A DNA stretch of 64,000 nucleotides, from positions 30,442,001 to 30,506,000 of the forward strand of contig NC_134479.1 in NCBI RefSeq assembly GCF_964194025.1, in the 5' to 3' direction. Below are positions 1 through 14,889 of this stretch, in pieces. Under the pieces are notes generated by a model. The model saw only the letters and a list, made by a program, of their open reading frames with translations, searched no databases and was not told the DNA's origin. A program made the translations under genes and the position numbers. The stretch is from Convolutriloba macropyga. Taxonomy: Eukaryota. Position 1 is the stretch's first letter; every line of letters begins with the position of its first letter.

Positions 1-3000
1 CAAGATAGCATATTAAAATTCCAAAGGCTGATTTGAATTGCGCTACATAGAAAATGTTTAACAAAAGAGAGGCTTTTGATAAAGGATAACTTTGTTGAAT
101 TCCGCCACTGAGAAGGCAAAGATCTCAATTTGTGAATTACGAAATTGTTGTCTATCTATCAATCATTCTCTGGACTTTTTCGTTAGTACATGTTTGGAGC
201 GTCTGTATGCAAATTGTTGTCCCAAAACGTTTATTTTAGCTTTTGTGTGTAAAGTTTCGGCACGTTATTTTGTTTCATTTGCAGCAGGTTATATTTGAGA
301 CGAAATGGGATCAGTAAGCGTACTTCTATCACTATAGTAGATAATAAACCTATCATAACACTCATCAACAGTTTTAAATGGTGAATTTCTTTAAAGAAGT
401 GCGGTAAAGTCAACTTGAACTAACACTTGCAACCGGAACTCGAGCAGTTGCCGGTCATCATGTATCCAGTTAACCAATTATTTTTGGTAATTTGCATAAC
501 AATCAATTGTTTTGGGTGCGATCAAGTTCACAATGAATTACCAGCACATTTTTCCATTCCTGCTCTTTTGCAAGTTATTAAGATAGACTATGTACTCCTT
601 TTTTCCCCGGTGGTCCAGTTCGTCTGTACCTACCCAGTTCCAATACTTAAAACAATTATAGGCATCTGATTCGCTAAAACTTGATGGAACTCTTTTCAAT
701 CTGTTCACACTTAAAATGTTACCAGGTTCAACACGAGAGGAGATGTGTGTAGTACTTATAGGAGAGTTGTGAACCACTGATGAGTGTGAATACATACTAA
801 AATTATAATGTATTTCATTGCCTGTACCCTGCAACTCAACGCTTCAACAAAAGTAATATAGAACTTTCAGTAAAGAGTAGTTTTTGTAATTGGCTGTTTT
901 CCTGCTTTATTTTACAAGGCGCTGTTTGATTAGGGGCGTCCATATTGATTTCCATCAGGATGAGAGCACTTGCAGTGAATAATTCTCCCAATCTATCAGA
1001 TCCGTCGTTGAAATCATCTGACGGAGCAACTTTCCTTTAAATATGATTTAAAAACGTTAACAAAGATAAAAGTCTAAAACATTTAGAAAACTTACTAGAT
1101 TAACAAAAGGGGGACTTCCGATCTTCCGGTATTTTTAAGCCTCCAAACTGGAGTTAACCGAGTAAATTTCTTGCAATTGAATAGTCCTAGACACGTCCAG
1201 TGAATGTTGCGGAATTGGTAACTGAAATAAAATTACATCAATCCGGCTTGATAAGGCGAGGAGGACTTTTTTGCTGCAGGTAGTTCTTGTGTTTCTAATA
1301 TTTTCATTGTTTTCTACTAATTTATTGCAGTTTTTGATATATGATAGGCCTTATTAGGCTGACATCTGGATTCCGTGTAAAAGTTTTGGCAGTTTGGAGA
1401 CATTGTGTTGAGCTTTCCAAGCTTTCCAAACGGATATTTCCTCCATAGATGCAGTAGGTGGCACCCAAAGAAGATCATGTATGCATAGCGGTTCATTGAA
1501 GGCAGACTTTTTCTCCATCTGCTGCAGTCATTTTCCACAATCAACTCTTTGTCATTCATCTACGCCTGAAGTTTAATTTCTAACCGTTTGACTTCTGCTG
1601 CCGTTTTTAAAACTTTTTTACGAGCTGTCTCCAGCTCCCCTTCGTTTTCAACGAGTGTTTTTTAAAGCTGTCTTTAGGTCCCCAGACAAAACTCGGCAAC
1701 TTGCCCTTTTAGCATATTCTTTTCTTGTTGAACATTTTTCAGTTGCTCTTGTATTTGTAGAGAAATAACTCCCAGCTTTTCGCTGTTTTCTACCCGGACT
1801 TTCATCCAATTCCATTCCTGAATATTAGTATTCGGTCAATGCCTCTGCCATGCTCTCCCACTTCTTGTTCTATGACGTTTCCTTAACAAAATGTATTAGA
1901 CATAATTAGGTAGACTGACATCATTCCAGAAGTTCCATTGATGTTGCAAAAATTTCTGGCTGAATTAGATTTGTTATTTTTTCTTGGCTAACAGCCCCCG
2001 GCTCATGTGCCATTTTGTTGATACCCGACGACTTGTTTACTTTTTTTTTCAACAATTCTTTTCAAGACATGATTTTGCTGCAACCGTTGGTTTTCCAGAA
2101 CGCTTATGTAATTAAATTCAATTAACGGGTTAATCGGCTGTAGTGCCAATTGCGGTTGAACACCTTCAAAAAAAATGTAGTGGATAAAATTATTCGTATG
2201 AAAAAACAAGAAATTGAGCAGTTAAAACAAATTTCATGAGATTCAAGTTCAATTCTCTCACCATGTGCCTAAATTTCGGAAAATAAATTTTCCCTATTGG
2301 TTTTATCCACGGAATTTCATGCCAATTCAAATCACTTGTGTATATGTTAAAAGCTAAGAGTTTTCCATTTGTAAACTTTTCAATTGCGCTCTTGAAAATT
2401 TCTCCTCCTGTTATTTTTCTTCGACTATGCCTGTACATTTGTGCTAGTCGATTTTCTCCTAATTGTTTCTCTGTAAATTAGCCATCAACCACTTTCCTAA
2501 AAATTTGAGTTTCAGTTTGTGGTTGTTCAAGATAAATCGAAATTTGCGGTGTATCTACTATCGTCACATTCTGTCCAAATGTCATCCAAGAATCATCACC
2601 TTTTTGAAACACATTAGGGAACAGAGGGTTTCATTTGATAAGCGTGTAATTTTTATAGAAAACTTTGGAATTTGGGTTGAAATAGCGCACATAGCTTTAA
2701 CTATCCTTTTGACTCACAATTATTGGTATCTCCTCAGTGCAACAGTTTACAGCTGTTAATTCCACTAATACTTTTGACAGTGTGTTTACAATTTATTACC
2801 TCTGCATGCAGTCCTAGGACACCCTCCTTACTTTTAAAAAAAGATTGATAATCCGCGTTCCCCTTTAGTTTCAGTGTATGTTGTTTCCATAGAAATTATA
2901 TCTAGATTTTATTGATAAAAATAAGCATTTTGATAGTTGTTTTTATTCATAACTACATGGTTTATTTTGGCTTCTCGGCTCAGAACGTGTAAGACAAATT

Positions 3001-3720
3001 TTCTTTCATGAATGGTCTCGTCCATCACATAGTGGTGATCACCCAATGCAATCAACTCTGCTGGGATTTGATTCAAGAACTCAGCTAGGTTGAAAACTGT
3101 TTTTATGTTTCTGATTTGGACTGTTTTTTGGATATAATTATTCTCAAAGTTATCTCCTCTCCGAAGAAAAATTTGTGGGTTTCCAAAATAACCTACGAAC
3201 CTAGTCTTTGGGATTCTGTTTGCAAAACTTCAATGTCAATTTTTCCAATGGTATTTTTGCTTTACTTACAATGTTCCCGATGATGTTTTGTTTCAGTGAG
3301 ATTTGCCAAGCTATTGGATACGCTATTTTCACACTTTTATTCTTGCCGCCCTTCATAAAAGCAATGGCTAATTTTGACTTTATTTCAGTTTCCGTTTCGG
3401 ACTCCTGTACCTTCCTCAATAGTATGTTTTCAAACATAAAACCTTCATTCCCGAATCCCGTTAAATTTAACGATATAGCTTCTAGCAATTTTCTACAAGA
3501 TTGACGGTTAAGTGGATAATTGTTGGGATTCAATTGAAAGCTTCCTTGAATAAAAACTGCATCGCTCCACCAACCACTTTTCTTGACGCCACTGACAGTG
3601 CATGTTTGTTGAATTACGCAAAAATTCTATTGGATTCTGCCACTCTCATGAAACAACACGTGTCCGGTAGATATCAGAGAATCATTTTTGTTTTTGTGTA
3701 CAACTTTTTTCTCAAAGAGG
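1..3720 (-). pseudogene. Decayed, unidentified coding sequence (several stop/frameshift-broken reading-frame patches)
   Basis: Minus-strand patches at 3201-3533, ~2900-3190, 2190-2438, ~1317-1960 (coiled-coil-like LQIQEQLKNVQQEKNML...) and 538-834 read like protein but are broken by stops and frameshifts; no motif recognised. Confidence 0.35.
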
Positions 3721-3959
3721 AAATCTAGACGTTTTTACAATATTTTCAAAACTATATGCAGTCATTTTTGCTTTTTTTGATTCTTAGGGACCCCAGGAGA
3801 ATGCCAACAACAAATGTCTTACCAAAAAATGAGATGGTATCCGCTGTCATCTTGTCAAAGCGGCTCTTACTAAAACAGTTGTTTTTTATTCTTCGTTTTT
3901 ATTTTTATAAAAGATAATCCTCAAATTTGCTGAGTTTAGATCGGTTGGCAACGAGTGGT

Positions 3960-6900
3960 GTATTTGGTTTTTCTGAATTTTTGACTGTTACTCGGCCTTG
4001 ACATGGTTTCCAGTAGGATTCTTTTTCTGGACATCTTGTATACTAGAGCTCTGTTTAACCCTTTTTTTAGCTACTTTGACTTTCACTCCGAAATTTTGTT
4101 GTACTGCTGCTCTGTTCCTGTGTTGCAGTTTTTGATTTACTAGACGTCTCCTTCGAAGGACTATCCAAATTTTTATTGGTATTGGTTGGTTGTGCTGGTT
4201 GGGTGGTTGTGCCATTCACGCCTCGATATCAGATTTGGGCTCCAACAAATTTTCATCGGATTGTCCTCCCTGTTGATCAACTTCGGTTTGAGTTGGGATC
4301 TCTTCTGTTTTAGTTTCATCGTCACATACTCCAGTATCCTGTTGCTCGACTTCAACTTCAATCAACACGTCCTCTCTCTCTCTCTCAACGCTATCAAATC
4401 TCTCAGCTTTTTTGTTTCGTTTTGTTTTACTTTTGAGCAAGGTCTGAGTTTCTTGAGTCCATCGTAGTGCAACTTTTGCTGATTTTGAGTTTTCAAGTCT
4501 CCTATGATAAAACATTAAGTCGTTCACTTTTCGTGTAACAGGAGGACCACCACAGAACGTTGATTTTTTCGTTTGCCATAGTTTTAGTGTTGAATTAAAC
4601 GAAAGGCTTAGTTACTCCGTTCGGTAATTCGGTCCAACATGTTTATGATCGTGGTAGATTTTTTGCTTCCTCTGCCCTACCTCCAAGTTTGCTCGTGCTA
4701 ATTCTTAGCAAAACTGCTATTTTTCAGGTTACCGATATAATCACTTGCAGTTCCAAAATCTTGGTTTTGGAGTGTTTTGTACATGCCACCAAAAGGTAAT
4801 GCACCAAACAACGCACCAAACATATTTCGTAACTGTGTGAACAAGAACTACGACATGCCATGATCAATTGAAGATGTTTACTACAGGGGTCGTTTTGCTT
4901 TCCTACGATTAATTCTCTTCAACCATTCAATTAGTTCTTTCAATGATTGCAGTTCCTTGACTGTGATATGTTGATGTAGAGCTGCGATCAATACCCAATT
5001 CCTTGCCCAAACTTTTAAAAAAGTTTGACATAAAAATTGTACCCATATCACTATGCAAGTTTGTGGGGCCTTCAAATTGTGAAAACCAACCACCTACAAA
5101 AGATTTTGCGACTGTTTTTGCTTCTTGATTTTGCATAGAAACTGTTTCGTACAATTTTGAAAATTGATCTCCTATGAGTAAAATATATTTGAAACCATCG
5201 CTTTTGGATAAAGTTACCATGATATTTAACGCCACCTGTCAAAAAAAATTGGTCGGTTCCCACACTGTTAGTTGTCGCCTGTGAGTTTGTTGAGGTTTTT
5301 TCTCCATTGAGCAATTAACGCAGCTATTTATCTAACCAGATACATCGCGCTTCATTCCAACACATTAAAAGCGTTCTTGAACTCTTTCAAGACTCTTTTG
5401 CATTCTTTTGTGCCCCCATGGATTCATGTAAGAGTGGTAGAATGACGTCCATTTTTATGATTGGTGTAAAACTATTTGCTGGACTTGGTAGATGTCTTCG
5501 GGCACTTTTTATTGCCAAAGCAGCCCTTGGCTGACATACATATTTTAAAACTCTGTCTAGAGTTTCCGTGTTGTTTTTGAAGCCCCAGTCAATTCTCTTT
5601 TTCAGTTTGTTTCTTTTGTTCCACCAACAGAAACACATGATGCGCGTTCTAATGATGCATTCAAATCTCTTCCCTCTGGTTTTCAAAAAAATCGGATCAG
5701 CTGTTTTGACTGGGTTGTTTGACTAGTACCTGAATTTTTTCTTCAACGTGAGACACATCCTCAATTGTGGATAAGAATCCGCATGAGGTGTCTTCTACTC
5801 TGCCTGGTTTTTCATTTCGGAACGAATTTGTCCCAGTTTTTCATTCTATCTCGCCAGCATTCCTTTGGGTTTCTTGAGGTAGTACGACCACGTAAGAGCA
5901 CAAGAGTACAATGATTTGGAGCAATGGTAAATTTTCTTCCCAGTAAATAATTCCGAAATTTATGTTTGAAATGAACAGTGGCATACAAATCTCTCTTTCC
6001 TGCCGAGCAGCTTTGTTGACCCTTATTCACATTTTTACTGGCTTAGGCGATTACTCTGTCCACCCAGCTCTGCTTCCGGGTAATGATTGCTCCTAGTTCA
6101 GTTGAAGAAGCCTCTGTTGTCAAAATAAAAGGTTCGGTATCGTATGGATAACCCAAAAATGGCTGTTTTCTTTAGTTTTAATATAAGTTGGTCCACAATT
6201 TCGCTACATTCTCTATTCCAAATAAATTTTTCAGATTTGTTCAACAAACGGTACACTGGTTCAACAATTTTACAAAAAAATGCCATGGATCGAAGATTAA
6301 ACCAGACCATTCCAAAACTTGCACGGAGCTTTGTCATTTTTGCCGGAGGTTTCATTTCACTTACTGTGGCTAAGATTTCAAGATCAGCATCCACGCCATC
6401 GTTTTTTATAATGTGACCTGGAAAATAATTCCGTTCTTGATAAAAGCGGCATGTTGAGCCTTTGAATATCAGACCGGCTTCTTTTATACGACAAAGCAAA
6501 AATTCAAGATTTGACAATAGTTTGTCTAAACAACTAACAAAATTGATTATGTTGGCAAAAAATATCAAAACTACGTAATATGAAATTCCCGCCGGGACTG
6601 ATTCCATCAAATTTTAGAAAACTCTTGGCGCTGAGGTTAAACCCATTGGCAACATCTACGTTTTCTACAAACCCCTAACATCAATGAACGCTGTCAGGTT
6701 TTGTGACTCTTCCCCTGAGGTCATTTCAGACGATATTTGAAAAGTAAACACTCTCCACCAATCAGTCTGTTACATCGTTTACTACAGGGGTCATTTTGCT
6801 TTCCTATGATAAACTCTCTTCAACCCTTCACTTAGTTCTTTCAATGATTGCAGTTCCCTGACTGTGATATGTTGATGTAGTGCTGCGATCACTTCCCAAT

Positions 6901-9900
6901 TCCTTGCTCAAACTTTTAAAAAGTTTTGACATAAAATTTGTACCCATTTCAATATGCACGTTTGTTGGGCCTTCAAATCGTGAAAACCAACCACCTAAGG
7001 GTTTTTCTGAATTTTTTACTGTTACTCGGCCTTGACATGGTTTCCAGTAGGATTCTTTTTTCTGGACATCTTGTATACTAGAGCTCTGTTTAACCCTTTT
7101 TTGAGCTACTTTGACTTTCACTCCGAAATTTTGTTGTACTGCTGCTCTGTTCTTGTGTTGCAGTTTTTGATTTACTAGACGTCTCCTTCGAAGGACTATT
7201 CAAATTTTTATTGGCATTGGTTGGTTGTGCTGGTTGGGTGGTTGTGCCATTCACGCCTCGATATCAGATTTGGGCTCCAACAAATTTTCATCGGATTGTC
7301 CTCCCTGTTGATCAACTTCGGTTTGAGTTGGGATCTCTTCTGTTTTAGTTTCATCGTCACATACTCCAGTATCCTGTTGCTCGACTGCAACTTCAATCAA
7401 CCCGTCCTCTCTCTCTCTCAACGCTATCAAATCTCTCAGCTTTTTTGTTTCGTTTTGTTTTACTTTTGAGCAAGGTCTGAGTTTCTTGAGTCCATCGTAG
7501 TGCAACTTTTGCTGATTTTGAGTTTTCAAGTCTCCTACGATAAAAAATTAAGTCGTTCACTTTTCGTATAACAGGAGGACCACCACAGAACGTTGATTTT
7601 TTCATTTGCCATAGTTTTAGTGTTGAATTAAACGAAAGGCTTAGTTCCTCCGTTCGGTAATTCGGTCCAACATGCTTATGATCGTGGTAGATTTTTTGCT
7701 TCCTCTGCCCTACCTCCAAGTTTGCTCGTGCTAGTTCTTAGCAAAACTGCTATTTTTCAGGTTACCGATATAATCACTTGCAGTTCCAAAATCTTGGTTT
7801 TGGAGTGTTTTGTACATGCCACCAAAAGGTAATGCACCAAACAACGCACCAAACATATTTCGTAACCCTGTGAACAAGAACTACGACATGCCATGATCAA
7901 TTGAAGATGTTTACTACAGGGGTCATTTTGCTTTCCTACGATTAATTCTCTTCAACCATTCAATTAGTTCTTTCAATGATTGCAGTTCCTTGACTGTGAT
8001 ATGTTGATGTAGAGCTGCGATCAATACCCAATTCCTTGCCCAAACTTTTAAAAAAGTTTGACATAAAATTTGTACCCATATCACTATGCAAGTTTGTGGG
8101 GCCTTCAAATCGTGAAAACCAACCACCTACAAAAGATTTTGCGACTGTTTTTGCTTCTTGGTTTTGCATAGAAACTGTTTCGTACAATTCTGAAAATTGA
8201 TCTCCTATGAGTAAAATATATTTTGACACCATCGCTTTTGCATAAGGTTACCATGATATTTAACGCCACCTGTCAAAAAAAATAGGTCGGTTCCCACACT
8301 GTTAGTGGTCGCCTGTGAGTTTGTTGAGGTTTTTTCAGCTTTGTTGACCCTTATTCACAGTTTTACTGGCTTAGGCGATTACTCTGTCCATCCAGCTCTG
8401 CTTCTGGGTAATGATTGCTCCTAGTTCAGTTGAAGAAGCATCTGTTGTCAAAGTGAAAGATTCGGTATCATACGGATAACCCAAAAATGGGTGTTTTCTG
8501 TAGTTTTAATTTAAGTTGGTCCACAGTTTTGCTGCATTCTCTATTCCAAATAAATTTTTCAGGTTTGTTCAACAAACGGTACACTGGTTCGAAAATTTTC
8601 CAAAAAACTGCCATGGATCGAAGATTAAACCAGTCTAGTCCAAAATTTGCACGGAGCTGTGTCATATTTGCCGGAGGTTTCATTTCACTTACTGTGGCTA
8701 AGATTTCAAGATCAGCATCCACGCCATCGTTTTTTATAATGTGACCTGGAAAATAATTCCGTTTTTGATAAAAGCGGCATGTTGAGCCTTTGAATATCAG
8801 ACCGGCTTCTTTTATACGACAAAGCAAAAATTCAAGATTTGACAATAGTTTGCCTAAACAACTAACAAAATTGATTATGTTGGCAAAAAATATCAAAACT
8901 ACGTAATATGAAATTCCCGCCGGGACTGATTCCATCAAATTTTAGAAAACTCTTGGCGCTGAGGTTAAACCCATTGGCAACATCTACGTTTTCTACAAAC
9001 CCCTAACATCAATGAACGCTGTCAGGTTTTGTGACTCTTCCCCTGAGGTCATTTCAGACGATATTTGAAAAGTAAACACTCTCCACCAATCAGTCTGTTA
9101 CATCGTTTACTACAGGGGTCATTTTGCTTTCCTATGATAAACTCTCTTCAACCCTTCACTTAGTTCTTTCAATGATTGCAGTTCCCTGACTGTGATATGT
9201 TGATGTAGTGCTGCGATCACTTCCCAATTCCTTGCTCAAACTTTTAAAAAGTTTTGACATAAAATTTGTACCCATTTCAATATGCACGTTTGTTGGGCCT
9301 TCAAATCGTGAAAACCAACCACCTACAAAAGATTTTGCGACTGTTTTTGCTTCTTGATTTTGTATAGGAACTGTTTCGTACACTTTTGAAAATTGATCTC
9401 CTATGAGTAAAATAAATTTTAAACCATCGCTTTTGGGTAAGGTTACCGTGATATTTAACGCCACCTGTCAAAAAAAAATGGTCGGTTTCCACACTGTTAG
9501 CGGTCGCCTGTGAGTTTGTTGAGGTTTTCTCTCCATTGAGCACTTCCACACTGTTAGTGGTCGCCTGTGACTTTGTTGAGGTTTTCTCTCCATTGAGCAC
9601 TTAACGCAGCTCTTTATCTAACCGGATACATCGCGCTTCATTCCAACACATTAAAAACGTTCTTGAACTCTTTCAAGACTCTTTTGCATTCTTTTGTGCC
9701 CCCATGGATTCATGTAAGAGTGACATCTATTTTTATGATTGGTGTAAAACTTTTTGCGGGACTTGGTAGATGTCTTCGGGCAATTTTTAATGCCAAAGCA
9801 GCCCTTGACTGACATACAAATTTTAAAACTCTGTCTAGAGTTTCCATGTTGTTTTTGAAGCCCCAGTCAATTCTTTTTTTTCAGTTTGTTTCTTTTGCTC

Positions 9901-12900
9901 TACCCACAGAAACACTTGATGCGCGTTCTAATAATGCATTCTAATCTCTTCCCTCTGGTTTCCAAAAACATCGGATCAGCTGTTTTGACTGGATTGTTTG
10001 ACTAGTACCTGAATTTTTTCTTTAACGCGAGACACATCCTCAACTGTGGATAGGAATCCGCATGAGGTGTCTTCTACACTGCCTGGTTTTTGATTTCGAA
10101 ACGAATTTGTCTCAGTTTTTCACTCTATCTCGCCAGCATTCCTTCGGGTTCCTTGAGGTAGTACGACCACGTAAGAGCACAAGAGCACAATGATTTGGTA
10201 CATTGGTAAATTTTCTTCCCAGTAAATAATTCCGAAATTTATGTTTGAATTGAACAATGTCAAAAAACTCTCTCTTTGTTGCCGAGCAGTTCTGTTGACC
10301 CTTATTTACAGTTTTACTGGCTAAGGCGATTGCTCTGTCCACCCAGCTCTGCTACTGGGTAATGGTTGCTCCTAGTTCAGTTGAAGAAGCCTCTGTTGTC
10401 AAAATAAAAGGTTCGGTATCGTATGGATAACCCAAAAATGGCTGTTTTCTTTAGTTTTAATATAAGTTGGTCCACAATTTCGCTACATTCTCTATTCCAA
10501 ATAAATTTTTCAGATTTGTTCAACAAACGGTACACTGGTTCAACAATTTTACAAAAAAATGCCATGGATCGAAGATTAAACCAGACCATTCCAAAACTTG
10601 CACGGAGCTTTGTCATTTTTGCCGGAGGTTTCATTTCACTTACTGTGGCTAAGATTTCCAGATCAGCTTCCACGCCCGCGTTTGATATAATGTGACCTAG
10701 AAAATGAATCAGTTTTTGATAAAAGCGGCATCTTGAGCCTATGAATATCAGACCGGCTTCTTTATACGACAAAGCAAAAATTCAAGTTGTGACAAAAGTG
10801 GTGATAAAGAACTAACAAAATTGATTATGTTGGCAAAAAATATCAAACTACCTCATATGAAATTCCCGCCGGGACTGATTCCGTCAAATTTTAGAAAACT
10901 CCTGTCGCTGAGGTTAAACTCTTTGGCAACATCTTCCTTTTCTACAAACCCATAAGATCAACGAAAGCTGTCAGGTTTTGTGACTCTTCCTCTGAGGCCA
11001 ATTCAGCCGGTATTCGAAAAAGTAAACATTTTCCACCAATCAGTCTGTTACATCGTTAATTCTTGGCAACGGCCAGCTTGTGTTTTTTAATTTGCTTAGC
11101 TAAACTCCTGTAGACTACTACCAGGCGAAATGTTCCATTCTTTTTTGACTAAATGGACCATGCGCCCCAATGAAATGAGTTGGTTTAACCAAGTTGTTTC
11201 TTTCCAATTTTTAGACAGTTTTTTTGCATTTCGGTTTTTCAAAGCTCATACTGCCATATGACAGCCGGAATGGTTTTGCATCCATTTCTAGCGTTTTTTT
11301 GTGCTTTCGTTTATTACAAAACCTCAAGCAGTTTCTGGAAAATACTTGATTGGTGCCCAATGAACATAGCAACCAATGGGTCTGACTGATTTATATAAAT
11401 TCTGTCCCTTCTAATGTAAAATGAGTCCTCGTCCGGAAAATTGTCAGATGTTTTGGTTTGGGAACAAACCGTTTACCTGTATGCGGTCATCACTGCTGAA
11501 AAATTCTCCTATTTTGTTATTTTTGAACAACTTGATTTCTTTTCTTGAGAGGTTAAGAAATCTCAATTGGCACTTGAGCCCTTTAAATAAACCAAATTTT
11601 CAGCCACTAATATACCAGTGCGACTTTCAATTTCTTTCAGCTTTTCAACTATGCCCTGAGTTTTCTTTGTTGACTCCAATTTGTAGTTTTCACCTATGAC
11701 TACCTCAGGTTTTGTGATTTGTCGGTATAATAAGTATGTTCAATAAAATAGCGTGTGAACTAATGTTGTCTATATTTTCAGAAATAATTGGAATACTAAC
11801 TTTATCTCGGCCGCAAAAGAAAATTTTTTCATTCAAATTCAGTATAGAATCTTGTTAATTAAAGATCTTTAAGCCTAGCGAAATTCAAAAATAATGAAAA
11901 AAAAACTCGTGGTGGAATTCGGGTTACCTGAGTTTCATTTGAACTAAAAACTCAAAGTTTCCTAGGATTTTATCTGATGTATTATTAACAGATAGAACTC
12001 TGTTGTTGTATTGCAAAATTTGATTCGCGACTCTTTTTTTTCAGCATTTTACTACTGATATGGGATACAATACAGCCACTATCATCCAGCCCCACTTCAA
12101 TTGACTTTGAACGACTATTTGTATATGGAAACATTTTGTTGTGCTGGTTCAACATTGGCTGTTTCTGCGGTTTGTTTGGGTTTTCTGTTAGAAGATTGGC
12201 GTTTTATATGTTGAGTACCTCCGCAGCAAAAACATTTTCCACGCTGTTTTATTCGGTGCCCTTTTTGTCCGCATCCACTACATGTATCAGTGGAGCCTCT
12301 ATTGAAGTTTTCCTCATTTTTGGTGAATCCGTTTCTGTCATTTCTGTCAAAGTCACTCTGCCTTTGTTTTGATTGAAATTGTTTTGTCACTTATAAGCGC
12401 GTCATGTGTCAACCCAGCCTTGGCTGATAGCCCCACTTTTCCTGGAATTAATATTAGAAATTTCCAATAATTTCTGAATAAAACCACTAATCGCCTCAAC
12501 AACGGACTTGTTTAGGCCGTGGTGTCTAATGGCAGCAGCTTGAAGAACTTGTTCCTCGTCCTCTAATGTTTTCTCGGCTTCCAAATCTAGCGCTATTTCT
12601 TGCGCTTTGTCCACAGTACTATCTTTATCTTTTAATTTTTTTCTTAGGTTTAAACTAACTTGACTTTGATGTATTTCCTCCATAAAACCCCGGACAAATA
12701 AGCGGTCACAGATGTCTTGTGACTCCTCTGGGAATGCGTTGTATGTTAAATGCTTCAAATCCCGGAGAAAATCCTTTAATTTTTTGCCTGGTTGCTAAAC
12801 ACAACGCGATTGGGTGTCCGCAGAAAACAACTGGTTTTTCGCTGCAATGCTTTTGAAAAGCTTTCACAGTATCATCGTAGCTATATCTCACGTTCTGCGT

Positions 12901-13620
12901 TAAGGTTCGATAAAACTCGATTGCTGACTTCTGTAAACGGAGCGCATGATACTGCGGTCGTTCATCTTTTTCTGGAGCCGCTCCTTCAGAGCTTGCAGGT
13001 TCGGTTCGTTTCTATTTTTGCAGCTCCGCCAGTAACTCAAATAATTCCAAGTAGCTTTCTAACTTATTGGAACCGGCAATAAAATTTTAGATACGGAACC
13101 TGCTGCCGTTTCGACTCAAATTAGTTTAGAATCTTTGGTACCTTTTAAATAATATTTTGCTAATGACATAAAGATAACTTTTATTTTGTCTTTTAGTCAA
13201 ATGCAATTATTGAAAAATAGAGAATTGATGTGTCTATTGCCTTTGGCGGAAAAAAGCAAGACCAAAACTATAATGAATAGTAAAACACACAACCTAATGG
13301 GTTCCTAGATTAATTGAACCGGAAACTGTTTTAAATTTGATACATACCGTGTTCCGATGAAAATTGAAAAATTTTGCCGCAGTTTCCAGTTGTTAAATTA
13401 AATATACAAAACTAACACAAATAGCACCTTTGTTTTGAAGTTACCTAAGACTTGTGATTTTTCGATGCGTCGCAGCTGTTCTCATTGGTACACTTTTCAA
13501 ATTACTGCTTTTAGGAAGATTTTGCACACTAAAGAAGCTCCACACAATCTCTGACCACTAAAACCACTTTGCACTAATGTCAGACAATCCCAGCAACTTG
13601 CTCTAATTCCGCTCGCTCCT
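3960..13620 (-). mobile_element. Decayed Ty3/Gypsy LTR retrotransposon with internal tandem duplications of pol segments
   Basis: Gag with two degenerate zinc knuckles (CSGCGQKGH, CFCCGGTQH; 12115-12390), RT (FLGHII; 10377-10772), RNase H (SATKRE...FRNYLLGRKF; 10112-10342) and integrase (GDQFSK, HSDMGTNF, YHSQGTAIIERTN). Domain order RT-RH-IN. Many stops and frameshifts; LTRs not resolved. Confidence 0.9.
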
Positions 13621-14216
13621 AAATATTAGGCACTCACAGGACTTCCTATTTTCCATGTGTTTCAGCTGCAGTGATCCTGTGATGTAGTCTCTGCCGTGCT
13701 TCCTCTAAAGAGATCTTCTTTCCTTTCCGTGCCGCTAAACCAAACTCTGACATCTGTTCCGAGCTTGTTGTTTTTTACTTTTGTAAACGAAAAACAATTT
13801 TCTGTCGTCAAAAAGGAATCCCTTTTATTTAAATGGTGTTCTAAAAACCTTCCGTATCCTTATGAGAAATTTGAAAGGTCTCAACTAATTGAATTCAGAT
13901 TTTACAAGAAAAACTTAGCTTGAAGAAAGATTATTTCAATTTAAGTTTAACAAAAACAAAACGTAAGGACGGCAGCTTCTGAAGTTGGTTAAAACTTATT
14001 ATGGATTGCGATACTCAATTTCTACCGATTTAGCCCTCGGTGTTATCTCTTTTTGCATTTACCAAGATAACTTGGTCCCAGAGGCCTTGCTCTGTTTGTC
14101 TTTCCCTAACACAGTATTTGGTCGCAAAGTTTGGACATCATAATTATTCTCTGACATAAGCTCAGTTCTGATGTTTGAACCAAAAATTTGTAAGACAAGT
14201 GGTTGAATATATAATG

Positions 14217-14217
<1 letters not shown>

Positions 14218-14261
<44 letters not shown>
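14218..14261. repeat. (TA)n microsatellite
   Basis: About 21 TA units with one interruption. Confidence 0.95.
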
Positions 14262-14889
14262 AATAATTAGCTATAAATCAGTTGTCACTTTCAAGAGCAT
14301 TTTGTTAAAAAAGTACTAAAAAATGTATGTTTTGCGCTTTTAAAAACTCGGGATCATCTTTAGTAGAGTTCATAGGGTCACTACAGACTGTTAAATTCTG
14401 ACGATGAAAATAATCCGAAGCTTTCTTTTTCTTTATATCAATTTTAGTTTTTCATTGACATTTCATTCTCTGCAGCTTTGACCAATGTCAATTCGATCTC
14501 TAATTGGCTCTGATTGTTTATATACAGCGTATAACATATTTGATTGTGATATTCAGATGTAGATTCGTATCAAATCCCAGAAACCGCTGAATATTCGGCT
14601 CTCACTCTCATTTTATAGCTTTCTGCTATGCACCCCTTGCTCTACCGGCAGCCTGCGATTGCATTGTAATAACAATTTTTTTTCTGAATTCGATGAAAAA
14701 TTCGCTTTTTCGGGTAAAGACAGCAAATTTGTACAATATCTTCAGCAGTACAACAGATTTAAAGAAAAGGTCAAAAAAGAATGGAAATGGATAACTAACA
14801 TTACTTACAATTCCCTAGGATGAAATTTTTAGAGAGCGACACCTTCACGCGCAGATTTTGCTGCCTATGCAATTACTATAGAAGCTAAT

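Noticed and set aside
538-834. Polinton/Maverick packaging ATPase fragment (HRG...NNLQKS)
   Set aside because: Only a vague resemblance; no Walker A/B motif and no polB or capsid remnants nearby.
14619-14769. AG/GT-bounded open 50-codon stretch as an extra SelL coding exon
   Set aside because: Splicing to either downstream acceptor gives an immediate stop (ATC TAA or TTG TAA) and there is no SelL similarity; at most a 5'UTR exon.
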